Source: Epithemia pelagica
Taxonomy: Eukaryota; Protista; Bacillariophyta
DNA: 64,000 nucleotides
Direction: 5' to 3'
NCBI GenBank assembly: GCA_946965045.2
Contig: OX337230.1
Location: forward strand, 1,426,001-1,490,000
Shown here: positions 19,337 through 28,724 of the stretch, in pieces
How the letters are laid out: each line of letters begins with the position of its first letter
Position numbering within the stretch: the first letter of the stretch is position 1
Program-made: the position numbers and the translations under genes
Notes under the pieces: generated by a model
Seen by the model: only the letters and a program-made list of their open reading frames with translations
What the model was told of the DNA's origin: nothing
Database searches by the model: none

Positions 19337-21379
19337 ATGATCTTTGATCAAGTGAAATGGAAGAAAAAGTCGGGCAGAGTGGAATTGGAGGAGGAGGGCG
19401 GCATCTCATTTCGTATTAGCAGCGAGACGACCGGAGCTGACGGGTCTTCTTCGGCAACTCTACGTATTCCATGGTCTCGGATTTCGAAACATCAAGTGAG
19501 CCCTGCATCCTATCCGAAAGCGCTGTTGAAGATAAATTTGGTGGATGGATCCAATACAACCTTTCAGTTACCCGATCGAGCTGCTCTCGAAAGCATCCGA
19601 TCAGGCATCACTCAATTTTTGAAGCAAGCACGCAGCAGTAATGGTGTTCTACCCGGAAGCTCTCCGCCCGCATCCTCAAACAGCATTAGTGGAAAGAAGC
19701 GGGCCTTCTCAGAGGTTGCCCAAAGCCCCTCGGCCCCAAAGACCTCGCGCTCCTTTGGTGAGTTAGACCCTACGGCGCTTGCGGTTACACGGTCCACCTT
19801 GCTTGCTGCGCATCCCAATCTACGGCAACAACATCATTATTTGGTAGCTGAGACCAAAACGGTATCCGAAGAGGACTTTTGGAAAACGCATCAAGATTTA
19901 TTAGAGGAGGAATATGCACGCATGTCCGGTGTAGCCAAAGCGGGAAGTACTTCATTGCTGCAATCGCACGTTCCTGCGGCAGGAAAAGTCACCTTGGGTG
20001 TGGAAGAAATGCGACAAATCTTTATTTTGTATCCTGCCGTCCACAAGGCGTACGAAGAGAAAGTTCCGCTTGCCTTGTCCGATGAAGAATTCTGGCGCAA
20101 ATACTTGGAATCCGAATATTTTCACCGCGATCGAGGACGGATTGGCACCGCCGCTCGAAACCATCATCCCAGTGCGGCAGCGCAAGTGGACGCGGGTGGT
20201 GACAAAAAAGGCAACACGGGTCCCACTGTAGAAGAGCAAGATGCTCGTGCGGCAGCCGTGAGTTCCGACGATTTGTTTTCTCGATACGAACAAAAACTTT
20301 TGGAAAGCAGCGCGGCGTTGGCGGAAGGGAATGGAGAAGCGGGTCGGCACCGGCGATGGGGCACGCACTTGGCTGTAGGACAGTTTGATTTGGCGCAAAC
20401 AATTGAAACAGAGCGAGGAAAACTGCTGGAAGGCCCTCGTGACAATCACCCTCCCAATCCTCTCAACGATGGCAAAGGTGCTCGAGTCATTGAAAAGTAC
20501 AATCGACATTGGGCCATGGTGTTGCACCCCGATGAAGCCGTAGCGGGCTCAAATCTTTTGCAAGTTGCACGGCGGAGCGTCCAAGACGCCAGTCCCGACG
20601 ATGACGATGCCAAGGCCCGAGGTGGTGTCGATCAAGAAATGCAACGATTGTCGGATTTTGCCTCGGCGTCGGTGGAGAACGCCAATCATGCCCTGGGTGT
20701 CGGTGTCCACGAAGGTGAAAATTACGAAGAACTCTCCTTGAGGAATATAGAAGCCTATTATAGAGGGAGTCAACTGAAGCAGAAAATGGACGCCAGAGGA
20801 CAAGCCACGGAAACCGAAGCAGCTCTCGCCAAGCGTCATTCGGATTTCTCCAAAGTGATGGCGGCCAAGGCCCTGGCGATTGCCAAATCTTCTATCGCAG
20901 CACCGTCACAAGGAGTACTGGAATCATCGAAGTGCTTCCCTCCCTCCAAATTAGGACGAGAACTATTGACGGCTTTGACCAAAAAGATGGTGGAGGACGC
21001 TCGAACAGAAGCCGCTTCGCTCGAAATGGTGAATCGATTGCCCGATGATTTTCGAAATCGGCTGCACGCGTACTTTCGTCGCTCCTCTGAACTGTTGAGA
21101 CACTTTTTTGGCTTACGACGTTTGGAAGAAGAACATCGCCTAGCCAACAGCAGCAGTAGCAGTGGATATAGTCAGAAACTTGCTCGCATCAATACGGCCA
21201 TGGCCAACTTTTATCGTGAGATGGAGGGAATGCGACGAGATTTACCCCAAACAGAGACGGGTGAAATGATGAGAAAGATGTGTCTGCCAATAATGGACCA
21301 ACTGGATTGGGCCTTCAAACTACATCGAGAAGGAAGTGGTGGAGGAGGCGGAGGCTTTGTGGACGTGGAGGAGAACTAA
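19337..21379 (+). CDS. GTF2H1: TFIIH subunit p62/Tfb1 (PH domain + BSD domains)
   Basis: PH-like WSRISKHQVSPASYPKALLK; BSD-like LLAAHPNL...VSEEDFWK; IFILYPAVHKAYEEKVPLALSDEEFWRKYLESEYFHRDR. Confidence 0.88.
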   Translation: MIFDQVKWKKKSGRVELEEEGGISFRISSETTGADGSSSATLRIPWSRISKHQVSPASYPKALLKINLVDGSNTTFQLPDRAALESIRSGITQFLKQARSSNGVLPGSSPPASSNSISGKKRAFSEVAQSPSAPKTSRSFGELDPTALAVTRSTLLAAHPNLRQQHHYLVAETKTVSEEDFWKTHQDLLEEEYARMSGVAKAGSTSLLQSHVPAAGKVTLGVEEMRQIFILYPAVHKAYEEKVPLALSDEEFWRKYLESEYFHRDRGRIGTAARNHHPSAAAQVDAGGDKKGNTGPTVEEQDARAAAVSSDDLFSRYEQKLLESSAALAEGNGEAGRHRRWGTHLAVGQFDLAQTIETERGKLLEGPRDNHPPNPLNDGKGARVIEKYNRHWAMVLHPDEAVAGSNLLQVARRSVQDASPDDDDAKARGGVDQEMQRLSDFASASVENANHALGVGVHEGENYEELSLRNIEAYYRGSQLKQKMDARGQATETEAALAKRHSDFSKVMAAKALAIAKSSIAAPSQGVLESSKCFPPSKLGRELLTALTKKMVEDARTEAASLEMVNRLPDDFRNRLHAYFRRSSELLRHFFGLRRLEEEHRLANSSSSSGYSQKLARINTAMANFYREMEGMRRDLPQTETGEMMRKMCLPIMDQLDWAFKLHREGSGGGGGGFVDVEEN

Positions 21380-22243
21380 CCTTGCTCCGCAAAGACGTGT
21401 TACGAAAAGTGAAAAGTTCATTTGCACCTTGGTGATCATGAAGATTGAAAGGATTGCAATCCTTCCCCCCGGAACAAACCAGCTACAATTATGTTAGGAG
21501 TAGGCTATTATGGATAATAGGCCATTCCAGAATGATTAGATTTCGACTCTAGAGGATGAAACTTCCATCGCTAGGCGTCAGCTAGGCATCCTCTTACTCC
21601 ATCTATCCATTTAGCTTTAGGTAGCCTGCTCCATTTCTTGATCTCCGTTGTTTCCGTCATCGCCTTCGCATTGGTTGCGAAGGCTCCGACTCGTTTTGTG
21701 CAGGGTTTCCGGTTGACAGCGGTTGACGCGCAATGTCATCATTCTTCTCACTGTTGCAACGAATGATACAACTCGATCTTACATGACCCGCCACCCGCCA
21801 AGCCAAACCGAATCATGCGAACCACACGCGCCGCACGACGTTTGACACCAACCACAGACAGACATGTCCTGTACAGTACTATAGAAAAATATTCTGACAC
21901 GTGACAGGTCATAGTCATCCACAGAGATTCCACCCACACGAAATGATTCCATTGCATTGGCTGGGAAATGTCGCAGGTATGTCGTACTACACATCGGAAC
22001 AGATCGGTTATGAAGTTGCCTGATGTAACCCAGTTCAGCTGCTCTTGATCGTTTTGATTGGCTGCCAAATTGACGCAGGACAACCCGACACCAACGAAAA
22101 ACGGCGGTTTCTCCTACAACATGGTTTTGCGAATGAAGAACGCCCTTCACCACCACCACACACTGAAAACCCTAATCGAGTGGTGATGAGCTTCAAACTT
22201 GAATCGCACCCCATCCACACACCAAAACCACCCACAACCAACG

Positions 22244-23080
22244 ATGGGAATCAACACCTCCAAACCACCGCAAGAGGCCGATGCCGCAATGCTAAGCCAT
22301 ACACGAAGACCAGAAGCACAGGGGGGTTCACTGCTGCATCATTCGGGGAACTTGCGGTTAGGGAAAACGCCATTTGAAGCGCTAGATAGAAGGCTGAGCA
22401 TCTCCGCCACAAAATCAACGAATCTTCCGGATGGTTCGGAATTCGCTGATGACATTCTTTCCAAGTCCACAGAGAGTACAGAGGGATCTCCAGAGCTTCC
22501 GCATGAACCCATTGCTGCTGACGCTCCAGCAGTAATGTCCTTGGCTCGCCCAGCAACGTGGTTTCACCAACGCCCCACTTCTTCAAGGAACCAACAGATT
22601 CCTAACCGTTATGACGACCCCTTGCCTCCTGCTGGAAACTCCAACCATCAGCATCAACAGTCAAGGGAGAGCGGCCGTAGATTGAAAACACAGTCATGTT
22701 CTGTTCCACTGAAATGCCCAGCTCGAAAGCATCGCTCCACACAACTTTCCCCCGATGCCTCGCACCACCCCAATCACTCCTCCTTCAATGACCACCAAGA
22801 AGAAGATAATGATCATTTGCAGCATTTGTATGACATGAGAACATGGGACATGTATCTCCGGATCACAGAGGCCAGAAGAAAGCAGAATGTTCAAAGTCAT
22901 TCCGCACACTATCCACCTTCTTCCATGATTCCAATGCAAAAGAGTACAGCGCTGCCGCCATCACACATAGAGCCTTCGGGTTATGGTCATTTCTCAAGTA
23001 CAGAAGACATGGATCCAATTCCAATAGAGGTGGGAGGATCCTTGTCGGGTCACGTTATGATTTTCGGGGACTTGGAGTAA
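22244..23080 (+). CDS. Hypothetical disordered protein with a short conserved-looking motif (LYDMRTWDMYLRITEAR) and C-terminal MIFGDLE
   Basis: Open frame from ATG 22244. The motif resembles uncharacterised diatom proteins as I recall them; no function assignable. Confidence 0.65.
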   Translation: MGINTSKPPQEADAAMLSHTRRPEAQGGSLLHHSGNLRLGKTPFEALDRRLSISATKSTNLPDGSEFADDILSKSTESTEGSPELPHEPIAADAPAVMSLARPATWFHQRPTSSRNQQIPNRYDDPLPPAGNSNHQHQQSRESGRRLKTQSCSVPLKCPARKHRSTQLSPDASHHPNHSSFNDHQEEDNDHLQHLYDMRTWDMYLRITEARRKQNVQSHSAHYPPSSMIPMQKSTALPPSHIEPSGYGHFSSTEDMDPIPIEVGGSLSGHVMIFGDLE

Positions 23081-23442
23081 ACCACTCATTCCTGGTGCTG
23101 GCGTTGCAATCGGCGTTTCTGCAATACTCTCAAGACATGTGCTTCTTCTTCTGTACACTCTGCTGTTTCCCCGATTCGCTTCAGTTTCATCAAGATTTTC
23201 TTTTGACTCAAACTGCTATAGACGTTCGGCCGGCTATATTCTTCCCTTTTGCATCTGCACAAAGATTCCACTGGAACTTCCGCTAAGCTAGCGATATAGG
23301 CCGCAATGATTAAAGCTCTTCATCATGTCAAGTCACAACATCTCGTGTGTTCCAGAACCACTGATCATTTGGTAGTGTCGACGAGCCTTGAGGGGCAAGG
23401 TAGGTAGGGTTCCTGCAGGAGTTGCTACCAGGAACAGAGCCA

Positions 23443-24735
23443 TCATCCAAGAGTGTTGGAAGGGAACCGTTGGTTCAGGAGTGCACTAATAAGACTTGCA
23501 GTTTCTTCCACAGCTCTTCCAGTGACATCAATTTCCGTAAAACCATTCTCGGACGCCAGTTGTTTGGCATGTTCCAAATCTCTCTGGAGGTACTCTGGAT
23601 CGGCATAGGTGGATCGGGCCATGCCGCCACCAGCGCCTCTCCCTTGAGTTCCCATCTTGCGAAGCCGATGTCGTCGGATCCGGATCAAATCATTCAAGGA
23701 CAAGGTAAGGCAAATCACGCGATTGGGATCCACTTCAAACAATTGTCGTGGTGGAGGCAAATCCACCACCAGAGGAATGTTGGCCACCTTGAGACCCATG
23801 GTTTGCGAAAGAACGACCGACAAGGGAGTCTTGCCGGTACGACTTACACCACACAAAATCAAATCGGCTTGATCCCACTCTCTTGGGTTCTTGCCATCGT
23901 CACACTTGAGCGTATACTCCACTGCCTCGATGCGACGAAAGTACTTGTCCGAAAGCGATCGACGACTCTTGTTGTTGTTGCTGCTGCTGCTGCGAACGCT
24001 TCTTGGACTGCTCTTGTCGTCGTCGGTTCCCCCCAAATCTAGTGGCAAGGTCCCTGAAGGTTGTTGATCCAACAAACTGGACATGGCATCAAACATGGGG
24101 CTCAGTAAATCGACATGACCAAACTGTGATAACTCGCACATGCGCCGCGTACTCTCACGCAGCACGGGATCGGCAAAGGTATAAACTACCAGGGCTTCAA
24201 AGCCTTCGCCCGCCTGTTTCAAGATGGAGGCCACTTCCTCCTCTGTCTTGAGAAAGGAAAAGAGTCGGGTGGAGATGTTTTCACAAGATTCATCGTATCC
24301 AAACTCCTCTTCTTCTTCGTCGTCGTCCTCTTCCTCCTCTTTGCTACTTGGTGTTTCGTCTGGAACGAGAAAGAAGCGCTCATCTCCACACCCATTAAAC
24401 TGAGCAAGACTTTTTTCGACAGCCGACTTGGCCATCAATCCCGTCGTATCCGATAAGATGAGAATTCTCTTGGGACGAAATTCTGCTTGGAGTGGTGACT
24501 TGCCCAGTGGCCCTCGAATTGCTGAAAAGACATCTTCCAGGTCATTGGTTTCATCATCATTGGTGTCGTCCCGTCCCACAGTTCTGGTCCCGATCGCGCA
24601 GGTTGCGACTAAAGGTTTCCGGTGAACATGGAAGGAGAGTCCCCAACCGAAGGAATGGATCGAACAAGGCGAAAAAAGGAAAAGAACAAGCCCAAGATAG
24701 AGTCTCGATCGGTTCACCCACAGCAATGAGACCAT
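23443..24735 (-). CDS. Pyruvate,phosphate dikinase regulatory protein (kinase/pyrophosphorylase, DUF299), plastid-targeted
   Basis: RRIEAVEYTLKCDDG, ADLILCGVSRTGKTPLS, KVANIPLV and IDVTGRAVEETA. Signal peptide ends IHS|FGW. Confidence 0.92.
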   Translation of the reverse strand: MVSLLWVNRSRLYLGLVLFLFSPCSIHSFGWGLSFHVHRKPLVATCAIGTRTVGRDDTNDDETNDLEDVFSAIRGPLGKSPLQAEFRPKRILILSDTTGLMAKSAVEKSLAQFNGCGDERFFLVPDETPSSKEEEEDDDEEEEEFGYDESCENISTRLFSFLKTEEEVASILKQAGEGFEALVVYTFADPVLRESTRRMCELSQFGHVDLLSPMFDAMSSLLDQQPSGTLPLDLGGTDDDKSSPRSVRSSSSNNNKSRRSLSDKYFRRIEAVEYTLKCDDGKNPREWDQADLILCGVSRTGKTPLSVVLSQTMGLKVANIPLVVDLPPPRQLFEVDPNRVICLTLSLNDLIRIRRHRLRKMGTQGRGAGGGMARSTYADPEYLQRDLEHAKQLASENGFTEIDVTGRAVEETASLISALLNQRFPSNTLG

Positions 24736-25672
24736 TCTTTCCTTCTCCTTGTTGTTTTCCCCTCAATTATCCGATCCCCGAGATTCTATCGAACACAGAG
24801 TGGGGGGTCGGTCCAACATCCTCCACCTCGTCCGCATCACATTTTCTTGTGTTTTTGCGCTTGTGCTTTTTCGCTCTTCTCTCCATCTGTTCGTGTGGCC
24901 TGCTGCTTGGCGTTGCACAACAGGAGTTTTCACGCAACTCGTAAATGTGTGTCTGTAACTGCAAAAGTTCCGTCCAAAAAGCGGGAGAATCCAATAGTGC
25001 GACATGCCACGATGACTTTCCAGTATTGCCTGGATGTCTCTTTCATATCATACTCGACAATTCTTCTCCGCGACTCGGAACCAGCCGAAGCACTTAATTG
25101 AAAATGACATTGTCATCCATGTCCGATCCATGTCTCACGTTCTTTCTCGTTCGATGAAAGGCTCTGTATCGGTGACCAGTGACCACCTATAAACCGTAAT
25201 CAAAACCAATGACAATGATCAGGCAGTGTATCATGAAAGTACACTATCACTGTTCTTCTCCTTCACTGACGCTGACTTACGCACTCTTGCAGATTTCCAC
25301 GTCTGATCGACACAAATGCAAACCTTGCGGAATTGAGATTTTGAATGGAACGGGTAGCTACGGACTGCTTTCAAGCTAGAGATCCTCACTTGCCACCATG
25401 TTCGTTGCGAGGAAGTCCTCGTTTCGAAGGTCTCTTCTTTGCACGTCCTGTCACAAACTAATGACGACGGTATCAAGAACGCTTCGCTCTGGAGGTTGTC
25501 CAGAGGCAACGCAGAAGCTTTAGATAGTGGATAGCGACAGGTAGTCTTTGCTTTATATCTGTTTTTATGTTTCTACCATCCCTGCCTTCAATCTTCCATC
25601 ATCAAAATAGCGTCTACTGCTCCAAATGATAGTTTCTTGTATATATAAGTATAGCTCCAAATCTTCTTCTGT

Positions 25673-28039
25673 TTACTCCAATCCCTTGTGTCGAAGAAGG
25701 GAATCGGGCGTTGGTTCACGACCACGGAATCGCTTAAAGACGTCCATGGGCGACACGCCACCTCCCAAAGAAAGCACAGTCTTTCGGAACAATTCACCCA
25801 CTTCTTGAACCTTTTCTTCATTGTCCAAGCCCACTTCTTCAAACGCTCCAAAGGCGTCGGCCGACATGACTTCGGCCCAAATATAACTGTAGTACCCGGC
25901 ACTGTATCCTCCCGCAAAAATGTGCGCAAAGCTACAGAGGAATCGATCTTCCGGCAGGGGCATGTTGTACGGAGTGTATTTGGCCGCCACATGACGTTGG
26001 ACGTCAAAGACGGTTTCGCCCTCACCGGATGCCGCTTGTTTGGCATTGTAATTGGAATGCAATTCCATATCCAATTGACCCAAATACAATTGACGGCAGG
26101 TCATGAGACCGGCACCAAAGGTCTTTTGTGCCTTTAATTTGTCAAACATTTCTTGAGGCATGGGTTCTCCCGTCTCCCAATGTTTGGCAAATCCAAAAAT
26201 GGTGGAATCGTCGTAACACCAATTTTCCATAAACTGGGATGGGAGTTCGACGGCATCCCATTCGACGCCATTGATTCCGGCCACATCACCCACGGTCGCT
26301 TCCGTCAGCATGTGTTGGAGGCCGTGTCCAAACTCATGAAACAAGGTTTCGACTTCCCGAAAGGTCATGAGGGAAGGTTTCTCACCCACGGGTGGACTGC
26401 CGTTGCAGGTCAAGTAGGCCACGGCCGTGTCACGTCCGACTGCTTCGGATTTGCCAACACAGACATCCATCCAGGCTCCGCCATTCTTGTTGGCAGGTCG
26501 AGAGTACGGATCCAAATAGAAACTGGCAATTTGTTTTCCAGACGCCACATCACTGACCTTAAAGAACCGAACATCTTCGTTCCAGACTTCAGCCTCGCCG
26601 TCAGCGGCCGTCACTTCAACGTTGAAAAGACGCTTCACGAGGGCAAACATGCCATCCAAGACGGCTGGAAGAGCAAAGTAGGGTCGCGTTTCCTCTTCGG
26701 TCAAGTCAAACTTGCGTTCTTTCAATCGTTCCCGCCAAAAGGGCAAATCCCACGGAGGCAATTTCTCAACATCGACATAATCATCACCCCCTTCTTGGCG
26801 GGCCAATAGGGTCAATTCTTTTAATTCTTGTTCGGCCGCCGGCAGTGCCTTGGCGGCAATGAGATCGGTAAGTTCGGCCACGGAGCTCACGGAGGGTGCC
26901 ATTTTGGAGGCCAGACTGAGTTCGGCATAGTTGGCAAAGCCCAACATTTGTGCCATTTCTTGTTTGAGCTGCAAAATTTCATAAATGGCCGGAATGTTAT
27001 TCTTTGCTTCGTCCACTTCCGAGGCTCGTTGAATGTAGGCCATGTACACTTGCTCACGAATCAGCCGGTCCTTCATGTGACTCATGGCAGCAATGTAGGA
27101 GGGCATGTCCAAGGTAATTCTCCAGGGTCCCTTTTCCGGGTCCATTTCCGGAACATCTTGGTCATCCTCCGGGTCAGCTTCGGCGGCGGACGATTGGAGA
27201 TGAGCGACATGGGCACTGGCCCAGAGAGCCTTGGCCGATTCGGGGACTCCTTCCATTTTAAAAGCATCGTCCGTGGTGTACGAGTAGGCCTTGGTGGCAT
27301 CCAATAAATTGTTGGAAAACGAGTTGGACAAGGCGGCCAATTTCATGCGGATTTCATTGAAGCGTTCCTTGGCCTCGCCTTCCAATCCAACACCACCCAA
27401 GGTCATGGCCCGAATCGACTGTTCGACCGCACGGCGTTTCTGACTGGCGGCAAACTCGGTGGCGGCTCCCTCGTCGTCGGCCGATCCATCATCATCAAGT
27501 TTTTCTTCCACCACTTTGAGAGCGTCGTACAAGGGTCCGCTCTGACTAAACTGACTGAGCGCTTGCACAATCTTGGGTTGATTGGTTTCGTACTCCTTGC
27601 GCAATTCTTCTCCATTCTTGACACCATTCAAATGACCCGCCACGCCCCAGGCAAACTCGAGACCAAACTGGATTCGTTCGACTTCGGGGAGGACTTGATC
27701 GTAATTGATTTCGGCCAAGACTTGTTCGTTACTCAGTTTGGTTTCGAGGGCACTAAACTCGGTCTGCATCTTATTCAACAAGGTATCGACCGCCGGAGTC
27801 AAATCTTTGGGTTCAATGGAACCAAATTTGGGCAAATCGTCTTGTTGCAACAATGGATTCGTCGTCGTCGTGGCCGCATCTTGGGTACTGGACGAAAAGG
27901 CCCTGGGCAAGTGTCGGGAAAAGGCGGCGGCGGCGGCATGTTTGGGATGGTGGCTACTTGCTCCGACTCTCGCAAAACGTGAAAAGGCCCGTACCGATGT
28001 TGCAATCATGACAATCGAAAGGGCGCAGAGCTTGTTCAT
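25673..28039 (-). CDS. prlC: Oligopeptidase A (peptidase M3A), organelle-targeted
   Basis: Zinc motif LFHEFGHGLQHML; DAVELPSQFMENW; HIFAGGYSAGYYSY; FRGREPT. N-terminal presequence VRA|FSRFAR. Confidence 0.95.
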   Translation of the reverse strand: MNKLCALSIVMIATSVRAFSRFARVGASSHHPKHAAAAAFSRHLPRAFSSSTQDAATTTTNPLLQQDDLPKFGSIEPKDLTPAVDTLLNKMQTEFSALETKLSNEQVLAEINYDQVLPEVERIQFGLEFAWGVAGHLNGVKNGEELRKEYETNQPKIVQALSQFSQSGPLYDALKVVEEKLDDDGSADDEGAATEFAASQKRRAVEQSIRAMTLGGVGLEGEAKERFNEIRMKLAALSNSFSNNLLDATKAYSYTTDDAFKMEGVPESAKALWASAHVAHLQSSAAEADPEDDQDVPEMDPEKGPWRITLDMPSYIAAMSHMKDRLIREQVYMAYIQRASEVDEAKNNIPAIYEILQLKQEMAQMLGFANYAELSLASKMAPSVSSVAELTDLIAAKALPAAEQELKELTLLARQEGGDDYVDVEKLPPWDLPFWRERLKERKFDLTEEETRPYFALPAVLDGMFALVKRLFNVEVTAADGEAEVWNEDVRFFKVSDVASGKQIASFYLDPYSRPANKNGGAWMDVCVGKSEAVGRDTAVAYLTCNGSPPVGEKPSLMTFREVETLFHEFGHGLQHMLTEATVGDVAGINGVEWDAVELPSQFMENWCYDDSTIFGFAKHWETGEPMPQEMFDKLKAQKTFGAGLMTCRQLYLGQLDMELHSNYNAKQAASGEGETVFDVQRHVAAKYTPYNMPLPEDRFLCSFAHIFAGGYSAGYYSYIWAEVMSADAFGAFEEVGLDNEEKVQEVGELFRKTVLSLGGGVSPMDVFKRFRGREPTPDSLLRHKGLE

Positions 28040-28724
28040 TGTGTGCTGCTACTGCTGCTGTGGTTGTCACAAAAACGTTCGGTGATTCCTTCAATTCTCT
28101 CTTCGGTTGTTCTCAGGGGGAGAGAGATCTTTTTTGGCTTGACACCACCTACAATCCTTCTGTGAATCGAGAATCCACAACCCGAATTTGTGTGGCGGAT
28201 TCCTCTCTTTGTAGTGCGAGGAGTGGATCGTACGGTGCTGGTGGTGGTGGCCACCAAAGATCTCTTTGGCGGATTCCGTCACTCGATCCATTCCAACGTG
28301 TACTTCTTTCATTCGTTCGGTCAAGGTTCGACACGGCGCCGAATCCAGAACAACGAATCTGGAGTGTCGCGACTGCCGTCGAGGTCGAGGACTTTGGATC
28401 GAACTGTACACGAAATGACGTGTGATTTCGGTGGGATTCTTGGATTCTTATGTGCGACCCACAATGAGGGATTACGTGGGAATGCGTGGTGGATCGTGTT
28501 CTGGATCCACAACGCCGGGCGACACTTCCGTTTCTATTTTTTGGTTCGCAGCAACAAAAACTCGACCAAAAACGGGGTCCTGGCAAGAGTCAACATCGAC
28601 ACACACACACATGTTGCGCCAAACGAGAAAAGGTCTGGACCATTTCACTCAATCTCACTCACACACTCATCCGTAGCATGGTCCGGTGCAGAATTGAAGG
28701 AAACCAATCATCATCATCATCATC

